Shown piece by piece: positions 17,236 to 23,394 of a DNA stretch of 32,000 bases. How positions within the stretch are numbered: position 1 is the stretch's first letter; each line of letters begins with the position of its first letter. The stretch covers positions 5,557-37,556 of the forward strand of contig CAYFXO010000001.1 in assembly GCA_964347125.1 (NCBI GenBank), in the 5' to 3' direction. The notes under the pieces are model-generated. The model saw only the letters and a list, made by a program, of their open reading frames with translations, ran no database searches and was not told the DNA's origin. A program made the position numbers and the translations under genes. This DNA is from an uncultured Methanomassiliicoccales archaeon. Lineage in GTDB: Archaea; Thermoplasmatota; Thermoplasmata; RBG-16-68-12; CAYFXO01.

Positions 17236-17675
17236 AGGAAGAGGATCCCCGTTCCCGCCTCCGGACAGCCAAGCAGATCCGGGAGGAGTCCGAAGAGGAC
17301 GACTTCGACTTCGAGGCCGAGTACCCGCCGGAGGAGGGGTCGCCGGAGACCCCCGTGCGCATCCGGGAGTACTCGGATTGGGCACGGAGCGGCCGGTGCA
17401 TGGTGTGCGGGGAAGAGAAGGAGCCCTACGTCGAGGTGGAGGTGGGCGGCCAGTGGGAGTTCACCTGCCAGGCGTGCTACGAGCAGGAGACGGCCCCGAA
17501 GGAGCCGGCGGAGCCCGCGGGCGGGGTCGCATGCCCTTCCTGCGGCGCCCCCCTCCACCCGGGCGATCAGTTCTGCGGGAAGTGCGGTGCGGCGACGGAG
17601 GCCGCCTGCCCGGAGTGCGGCGCCGAGATGGAGCCCGGCGACAAGTTCTGCGGGAAGTGCGGCGCCTCACTTTGA
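17232..17675 (+). CDS. acidic N-terminus plus triple zinc-ribbon protein (double-zinc-ribbon type C-terminus)
   Basis: CMVCG...CQAC, CPSCGAPLHPGDQFCGKCG and CPECGAEMEPGDKFCGKCG. The last two are canonical DZR-style ribbons. Confidence 0.75.
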   Translation: MKEEDPRSRLRTAKQIREESEEDDFDFEAEYPPEEGSPETPVRIREYSDWARSGRCMVCGEEKEPYVEVEVGGQWEFTCQACYEQETAPKEPAEPAGGVACPSCGAPLHPGDQFCGKCGAATEAACPECGAEMEPGDKFCGKCGASL

Positions 17676-18665
17676 CCGCTTAACGGTGACCTTGCGGTCG
17701 GGGCCCGCGTAGGTCTTCGTGGGGAGGGGGTCCCCCTCCGTGACCTCGAACCGCCCGAGGTGCACCTCCACCCGTTCCACGTCGTCCTCCAGGGCAGGGA
17801 TCGTCCCCTCCGCCAGGGGCTGCCACAGGAGGTAGGTGATGTCGTCCACCACTTCGTCGACGAAGATGGCCTTCGCCGGCTCCGGCTCCACGGTGGCCGC
17901 GTAGATCATCGGCGAGAGGGAGACCTTCAGGTTGACGCTCAGCGTCCCGTCCTCGCGGCTGATCGTGAGGACATTCTCGCCCCCGGCGGAGCCCTCGAAG
18001 GGTCCCGCGCGGATTCGGTGCTCGTGACCGCGCCCCTCCTCCACGGAGACCGTCTCGGCCTTGAGGGACGCGACGACGTGCTCCGTGAGGGCCCGGGCCA
18101 GCTCCCCGATGGCGTCCGTACCCGACGCGGCCTCGACCTCCTTGGAGTACACGATACCCACGGAGGACTTGAAGGCGTGGAGGGTGGAGCGATAGGACAC
18201 CCGCTGCGTGACATCCACGGGGACCTCCTCCACCCCGTTCCCCTTCGCGTAGCAGCGGTAGTGGGTGCCGTTCGTGACGAGGGACACCCGGTTCCGGTCC
18301 TTCCCCGCCCGCGAGAGGAGGGTGCGGTCGTCGACACCGCTGTGGAAGACGTCCTCCGGGGAGTGGATGTGTCGGAAATCCCCGCCGTGGCCGCTCATGG
18401 ACGGGTGGGAGTGGTAGAGGCCCACGATCCCCACGTTCCGCGGGTACCGCCCTGCGACTTTCGCCTCCTCCAGGGGGTCCGCCTCCGCCCCGAAGCGGCT
18501 CTGGCGGCGGTAGACGGTGCACGGGATGGCCTCGCTGATCCGCACGGTGCCGCCTTCCTCGAAGCCCACGAGCCACCCGATGACCTCCCGCCCGCGGCGC
18601 TTCCACCCCCGCCGGGCGTGGTCTAGGAGGGCGTCCAAGGCGGACCGCTGCAGGACGACGCTCAC
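17667..18665 (-). CDS. JAB/MPN+ (JAMM) metalloprotease with an uncharacterised C-terminal domain of about 180 aa
   Basis: I place the start at GTG 18665, overlapping the E1 stop (GTGA). EVIGWLVG (Glu motif), GLYHSHP (HxH), then HSPED / HSGVD (SxxD candidates). The upstream track extension is Pro/Arg-rich and off-frame relative to the E1 gene. Confidence 0.85.
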   Translation of the reverse strand: MSVVLQRSALDALLDHARRGWKRRGREVIGWLVGFEEGGTVRISEAIPCTVYRRQSRFGAEADPLEEAKVAGRYPRNVGIVGLYHSHPSMSGHGGDFRHIHSPEDVFHSGVDDRTLLSRAGKDRNRVSLVTNGTHYRCYAKGNGVEEVPVDVTQRVSYRSTLHAFKSSVGIVYSKEVEAASGTDAIGELARALTEHVVASLKAETVSVEEGRGHEHRIRAGPFEGSAGGENVLTISREDGTLSVNLKVSLSPMIYAATVEPEPAKAIFVDEVVDDITYLLWQPLAEGTIPALEDDVERVEVHLGRFEVTEGDPLPTKTYAGPDRKVTVKRSK

Positions 18666-19420
18666 GGGCTCAGCCCCCCGCAGGTCGGGCATTTGGGGTC
18701 CCGCTCCCAGTCGTAGCGCTCCAGGGTGCCGTCCATCCCTTTGTACATGAGGTAGGCGGCCTGGTTCCCGAACTGGAGGAGGTACTTGAGGGCCTCCTGG
18801 CACTGGAGGCTCGCCACGATGGCCATGGTGGTGGGGAGGGAGGTGAAGTGGCAGAGGCCGGACTCATCGCGCCGGTGCTCGACCCGCCCCTCCTCCGTGG
18901 CGAGGGGCTTGTTGCAGCGGTAGCACGGGGTGCGGCCGGGGAGGATCACGTGGACGGAGCCGTTGATGCCGTCCTGGGAGGCCCCCGCGTCGATGAGGGC
19001 GCGCTTCGCGGGGACACACTTCGCGTTGAGGAACATCCGCACCTGGAAGGAGTCCACGCACCCCAGGATGAGGTCCGAGGCCTCGATCTCGCCCGCGAGG
19101 GCGTCGTACCCCTCCCCGTCCGTCACGTCGTGGGGGTGGGTCGTCACCTCCACGTCGGGGTTCGCGCGGTGGATGTAGGCCTTCATGGCGTCCACCTTCG
19201 GCATCCCGACCTGGGAGGGGTCGTAGATGAGGCGGTTGAGGTTCGCCTCCTCCAGGGTGTCGTAGTCCAGTAGGGCCAGATGGCCGACGCCGCACCGGGC
19301 GAGGATGTCCGCGGAGAGGGCGCCCAGGCCGCCGACGCCCACGATGGCGACCCGCTTGTCGACCAGGCCGGAGAAGTCGGCGAACTCGAAGAGCCGCAGG
19401 CGGGCGTAGCGCTCCGTCAT
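18662..19420 (-). CDS. UBA5-like E1 (ThiF/MoeB-fold Ubl-activating enzyme)
   Basis: [41 protein letters not shown] is the Rossmann/ATP site. CYRC and CPTC form the zinc pairs. [31 protein letters not shown] closely matches the remembered UBA5 catalytic-Cys region. ATG 19420 overlaps the E2 stop (ATGA); GTG 19426 is an alternative start. Confidence 0.9.
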   Translation of the reverse strand: [252 protein letters not shown]

Positions 19421-19884
19421 ATCCACCCCTTCGCCTTCATGTCATGGACCACGCTCCGGAGCCAGTAGGAGACCTCCCGCTTCAGGTAGAGGGCCATCCC
19501 CGCGTGGTCGTCCCACCAGTAGTCCTGCTCCATGTGCATGTCGCAAATCCGGAGGCCCAGGACGGGGTCGTCCAGCTTCCGGTCCGTGTAGTGCATCAGC
19601 TCGGGGATGCGGACCGCAGGGGGGGTGTGGGGGTAGGCGTCCTTGAGGACGAGCTCCAGGGTGAAGGCCTGGTCCGCCGCCCGGACCTCCCCCGTCCACC
19701 GGGTGGAATTGTGATCCCGGGCGTCCAGGGTGAACCACTCATTGCCCTCCAGGTAGCGCAGGTACTCGGAGAACTTCTGGAGGGCGTAGCGCTCCTCCTT
19801 CACCCGCGTGGGCCACGCGTCGTCCCGCGGGGAGGCGACCGTCGCGCATTGCAGGAAGTAGAAGAGGTCGTCCTCCCTAGCCAT
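19417..19884 (-). CDS. UFC1-like E2 (Ubl-conjugating enzyme)
   Basis: SPRDDAWPTRVKEERY, WFTLDARDHNSTRWTGEV, YPHTPPAVRIPEL and GLRICDMH (Cys114) parallel the remembered human UFC1 blocks GPRDRELWVQRLKEEY, WFRLESNKEGTRWFGKC, YPTTAPEIAVPEL and GGKICLTDH (Cys116). Confidence 0.85.
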   Translation of the reverse strand: MAREDDLFYFLQCATVASPRDDAWPTRVKEERYALQKFSEYLRYLEGNEWFTLDARDHNSTRWTGEVRAADQAFTLELVLKDAYPHTPPAVRIPELMHYTDRKLDDPVLGLRICDMHMEQDYWWDDHAGMALYLKREVSYWLRSVVHDMKAKGWI

Positions 19885-19888
19885 GGGC

Positions 19889-20134
19889 TCAACCGACGAT
19901 GCTCGGATCGATGACGTGGATGTTGGTGCCGCTCTGGGCCACCTCGTCCACGGTGCCGCCCTCGATGGGGGAGCCCCCGGGGAACGTGGCGGTGAGGATG
20001 GAGGGGTCGCGCCCCTGGCGCTTCGCCGCCATGACCAGGGCCTCCTGGAACAGCATGGCGTTCGGCACCTTCAGGGAAACGACGGGCTTCTCGGGGTCCG
20101 AGATGAAGACGAACCGGAGGGTCGTGTGGGTCAT
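19889..20134 (-). CDS. UFM1-like ubiquitin-fold modifier (81 aa), ends ...IVG-stop
   Basis: FISDPEKPVVSLKVPNAMLFQEALVMAAKRQ...NIHVIDPSIVG aligns without gaps to the remembered human UFM1 [31 protein letters not shown]...ELRIIPRDRVG(SC). AGGTG lies 5-6 nt before ATG 20134. Confidence 0.8.
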   Translation of the reverse strand: MTHTTLRFVFISDPEKPVVSLKVPNAMLFQEALVMAAKRQGRDPSILTATFPGGSPIEGGTVDEVAQSGTNIHVIDPSIVG

Positions 20135-20163
20135 GGGGGCACCTGAAGCGAAGTAAGCGGCGG

Positions 20164-20176
20164 GGTTTATTTAGGG
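20164..20176 (-). promoter_or_regulatory. TATA-like promoter of the Ubl-E2-E1-JAMM operon
   Basis: The minus strand reads CCCCTAAATAAACCCC about 35 nt upstream of ATG 20134. Confidence 0.4.
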
Positions 20177-20223
20177 GTTGTGGGGCCAGGACGCCGGGTG
20201 ATTTCCAGGGCTCCGGGCCGCCG

Positions 20224-20238
20224 GAAAAAGGTATATCC
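20224..20238 (+). promoter_or_regulatory. BRE/TATA-like promoter of the GNAT / C45-hydrolase pair
   Basis: GAAAAAGGTATATCC lies about 45 nt upstream of ATG 20278. Confidence 0.4.
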
Positions 20239-20277
20239 AGCGCCGGGCCTGTGGAGGCCGTTCCGAAGGGATCGAAG

Positions 20278-21258
20278 ATGGGGAAGGCCGCCGACGTCGA
20301 GATCCGGGACTTCCGGGACGCCGACTACCCGGGCCTGCAGGAGGTCTACAACGCCACCTACCCGGAGCACCGGGAGAGCCTGGAAGAGATGAAGCACTGG
20401 GACGAGACGTGGGACCACACGCGCTACGAGCGGCGGCGGTACGTCGCGGAGACCGCCGACGGGGAGATCGTGGCCTTCGGGGAGTGGGGGCACTCGCCGG
20501 CCGTCTTCCACCCGCGGAAGTTCTGGATCGAGGTGGACGTCCACCCCTCCCAGCGGCGTCGGGGGATCGGCACCCGCCTATGGAACCACGCGGTGCGCGC
20601 CCTCGATGAGTTCGACCCGCTGCAGCTCCGGGCGAACGCGCGGGAGACGAGTCCGGAGAGCATTCGATTCCTCGAGCGTCGGGGCTTCGTGGAGGTCATG
20701 CGAACCTGGGAGTCGGTGCTAGACCTCACGGCCTTCGACCCGTCGCCGTTCGGCCGGTACTTCGAGGGGCTGGAGGACATCGAGTTCACGACCCTCGCGG
20801 CGGAGGAGGGCAGCCGCCCGGACCTCCACGAGGCCCTCTACGAGCAGGAGACCTCCTTGATGAGCGACGTCCCCCTTCCCGGACCGTACACCCCCATCTC
20901 GTTCGAGATGTTCGAAGGATGGTTCGACGACCCAGGCTCCCTGCCGGACGGCTACTTCCTCGCGAAGGAGGGGGGCGACTACGTGGGGAAGTGCGTCCTC
21001 GTCGCCCAGATGGAGTCCGAGGGCGAGCTCACCCACGGCCTCACCGGCGTCGCCAAGACCCACCGGGGACGCGGCCTCGCCATGGCCCTGAAGGTGACCG
21101 CCCTCCAGTGGGCCAAGGAGCAGGGGTACACGCGGGTGCGGACCTGGAACGACTCCATGAACGTGGGCATCCTGGCCATCAACGAGAAACTGGGGTTTCA
21201 GCGCGAGCCTGCGTGGATCACCTACGTGAAGGAGCTGGGGGGCTCGGATGACGCATAG
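20278..21258 (+). CDS. tandem-GNAT N-acetyltransferase (two acetyltransferase domains)
   Basis: Two acetyl-CoA motif-A-like segments: QRRRGIGTRLWNHAV and HRGRGLAMALKVTALQWA. I prefer ATG 20278 (MGKAADVEIRDF...) to the track's GTG 20251 because of the TATA position. Confidence 0.8.
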   Translation: MGKAADVEIRDFRDADYPGLQEVYNATYPEHRESLEEMKHWDETWDHTRYERRRYVAETADGEIVAFGEWGHSPAVFHPRKFWIEVDVHPSQRRRGIGTRLWNHAVRALDEFDPLQLRANARETSPESIRFLERRGFVEVMRTWESVLDLTAFDPSPFGRYFEGLEDIEFTTLAAEEGSRPDLHEALYEQETSLMSDVPLPGPYTPISFEMFEGWFDDPGSLPDGYFLAKEGGDYVGKCVLVAQMESEGELTHGLTGVAKTHRGRGLAMALKVTALQWAKEQGYTRVRTWNDSMNVGILAINEKLGFQREPAWITYVKELGGSDDA

Positions 21259-22384
21259 GCCCCTGCACGTGTATGCGGCGGGCACGCCGCGGGAGGTGGG
21301 CCTGGCCCACGGCCAGGCGGCCCGGGACCTCATCGAGGCGAACCTGCAGCTGTACTTCCACCGGTTCCAGAAGGAATGGGGGCTGCCCCGAGAGGAAATC
21401 CTCCGGCGGGCACGGATGTATGAAGCGGTGATCTGGGACCAAGAACCGGACTACGGCGACGCCCTGGAAGGGGTGGCGGAGGGCTCCGGCCTCCCCCTCG
21501 AAGACCTCATCGCCCTGAATGTCCGCTACGAGATCGTCTACAGCGAGCACACGAAGCTGGGGAAGGCCCAGCGGGGGGCCCCGCCGCCTGGCGAGTGCAC
21601 GTCCTTCGCGGTCCTGCCCGAGCGCGCGGGCGGGCGCCTCGTCCTCGCCCAGAACTGGGACTGGATTCCCGGGATTCGCGGGCTCGTCCTGCAGACTCGC
21701 GTTCGCGACGGCCCGGAGGTTTTGGCCTTCACCGAGGCGGGCATCGTCGGCGGAAAGATCGGTCTGAACGAGCACCGCCTGGGCCTCCTCATCAACGGCC
21801 TCCTCTCGAACGAGGACGACTGGGAGCGGCTGGGGACGCCGTTCCACGTGCGGTGCTGGCGGGTGCTCCAATCGGAGACCGTGGACGAGGCCCGGGAACG
21901 CCTCGAAGGGTCCGCGGGGTCCTGCTCCGCGAACTTCCTCCTGGCCCAGTGGGGCGGGGGGGAGGCGGTCGCGGTGGACGTGGAGTCCTCCCCCGTGGGG
22001 ACGGCGGAGCTGCGCCCGGAGGAGGGCGTGCTGACCCACACGAACCACTTCCACTGCGAGGCGGAGCTGGGCATCTGGCAGCCCCTCATCCTCGAGAAGA
22101 CCTCCACCTTCGACCGCCACGACCGCATCGGGGCCCTCATGGCGGAGCGGTTGGGGAGCGGGACCTTCGACGCCGAGGCCGCCATCCAGCTTCTGAGCGA
22201 CCACCACGGGCGGCCGAAGTCCCTCTGCCGCCACCAGGAGGACCTGGTGGACTGGCCGGAGGAGCAGCGGTACGAGACGGTGGCCTCCGTCGTCCTGGAC
22301 CTGGACGCCCGGTCGATGCTCCTGGCCCCCGGTCCCCCCTGCGAGACGGAGTACCACCGGTATGCCCTGGAGAACGGAGGGTAG
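21248..22384 (+). CDS. peptidase C45 / acyl-CoA:6-aminopenicillanic-acid acyltransferase-like Ntn hydrolase
   Basis: GECTSFAV is a candidate nucleophile Cys, followed by LAQNWDW. The overall length and pattern fit the AAT/C45 family. It overlaps the GNAT gene by 11 nt. Confidence 0.8.
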   Translation: MTHRPLHVYAAGTPREVGLAHGQAARDLIEANLQLYFHRFQKEWGLPREEILRRARMYEAVIWDQEPDYGDALEGVAEGSGLPLEDLIALNVRYEIVYSEHTKLGKAQRGAPPPGECTSFAVLPERAGGRLVLAQNWDWIPGIRGLVLQTRVRDGPEVLAFTEAGIVGGKIGLNEHRLGLLINGLLSNEDDWERLGTPFHVRCWRVLQSETVDEARERLEGSAGSCSANFLLAQWGGGEAVAVDVESSPVGTAELRPEEGVLTHTNHFHCEAELGIWQPLILEKTSTFDRHDRIGALMAERLGSGTFDAEAAIQLLSDHHGRPKSLCRHQEDLVDWPEEQRYETVASVVLDLDARSMLLAPGPPCETEYHRYALENGG

Positions 22385-22468
22385 GTCGCCGCGGTGAGAA
22401 CGGGAGAGGAAACCTTATCCCCGCCCCGCCGGGATGGGCCCCTCACGGGACGCCCGAGGTGATATCCC

Positions 22469-23173
22469 ATGAGCTTCTGCCCGAATTGCGGGACCGGCCT
22501 GACCTACGTGGAGCAGCACAACGCCTGGTATTGCCAGCAGTGTCAGCAGTACGCCCCGCCGCCCGCGCAGCCCGCGGCGCCGGCGGCCCCCGCGGGGGGG
22601 AACGGCCTGTGGCACCAGAACCACTACCGGATTCGGAAGAAGGTCCTGACGGTGGGGAACAAGTACTGGATCGAGGACGGCGGGGGGACGGTCCTGGGCT
22701 TCAGCAAGCAGAAGCTCTTCCGGCTCAAGGAGGACATCCGCATCTTCACGGACGAAGGGATGAGCCAGGAGCTCTTCCGGGTGCACCAGCAACAGCTCGT
22801 GGACACCTGGGGCACCTTCGCGGTCTTCGACAGCGCGACGAACGCCTACCTGGGGGCGATCCGCCGGAAGATGATGGCCTCCATCATCCGGGACGAGTGG
22901 GAGGTGTACGACGCCCAGAACCAGCTCGTCGCGGGGATCTACGAGAAGGCCGGGAGGGGGTTGGCGCGGCGGTTGCTGCCGGGCGGGGCCCTCATCCCGG
23001 AGAAGCTGACGCTCACGTTCCAGGGGGCGCCCGTCGCGGAGATCGACCAGCAGTTCAAGGTCATCGGGGACATCTGGGACCTGAAGTGCATGAACCTCCC
23101 GCCCTACCTGGACCGCCGGGTGGTGCTGGGAGGGCTCCTGCTCATGGGGATGGTGGAGCGGGACAAGAAGTAG
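22469..23173 (+). CDS. N-terminal zinc ribbon fused to a LURP-one-related (LOR/tubby-like, scramblase-fold) domain
   Basis: MSFCPNCG...YCQQC is followed by a Pro/Ala linker. YRIRKKVLTVGNKYWIEDGGGTVLGFSKQKLFRLKEDIRIFTDEG then fits the LOR repeat pattern. GAGGTGAT lies 6 nt upstream of the ATG. Confidence 0.7.
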   Translation: MSFCPNCGTGLTYVEQHNAWYCQQCQQYAPPPAQPAAPAAPAGGNGLWHQNHYRIRKKVLTVGNKYWIEDGGGTVLGFSKQKLFRLKEDIRIFTDEGMSQELFRVHQQQLVDTWGTFAVFDSATNAYLGAIRRKMMASIIRDEWEVYDAQNQLVAGIYEKAGRGLARRLLPGGALIPEKLTLTFQGAPVAEIDQQFKVIGDIWDLKCMNLPPYLDRRVVLGGLLLMGMVERDKK

Positions 23174-23195
23174 GCGGGACCCGCCGTGGTTAGAG

Positions 23196-23269
23196 TGGAC
23201 CCAGCGGGATTTGAACCCGCGGCCTCCAGCTTGCGAAGCTGGCGATCTTCCAGGCTGATCTATGGGCCC
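23196..23269 (-). tRNA. tRNA-Ala (anticodon CGC), no encoded CCA
   Basis: Reverse complement: GGGCCCATAGATCAGCCTGGAAGATCGCCAGCTTCGCAAGCTGGAGGCCGCGGGTTCAAATCCCGCTGGGTCCA. It forms a clean cloverleaf. The anticodon loop TTCGCAA gives CGC. It has the G3:U70 Ala identity pair, the TTCAAAT T-loop and discriminator A73. Confidence 0.95.
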
Positions 23270-23294
23270 GCACCCGCGGTGAGACCCGGCGGCG

Positions 23295-23303
23295 GTAAAT
23301 AGG
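23295..23303 (-). promoter_or_regulatory. TATA-like box for tRNA-Ala
   Basis: The minus strand reads CCTATTTAC, centred about 30 nt upstream of the tRNA 5' end and preceded by CGAAA (BRE-like). Confidence 0.4.
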
Positions 23304-23332
23304 TTTCGCGATGGAGGTGGCCCCTTCCAGCC

Positions 23333-23352
23333 CCGAAAAAGCCCTTAAATAG
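23333..23352 (+). promoter_or_regulatory. BRE/TATA promoter of the giant protease gene
   Basis: CCGAAAAAGCCCTTAAATAG lies about 45-70 nt upstream of the candidate start codons. Confidence 0.45.
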
Positions 23353-23394
23353 ACTGCGCCTATCTACACGTCCCCGCGGGCGTCCAGTCCGTGG

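Noticed and set aside
23174-23195. GGCGGGACCCGCC palindrome between the LOR gene stop and the tRNA 3' end, as a possible bidirectional terminator
   Set aside because: The stem is 4-6 bp with a minimal loop and no adjacent oligo-T tract. The evidence is too weak to call a terminator.
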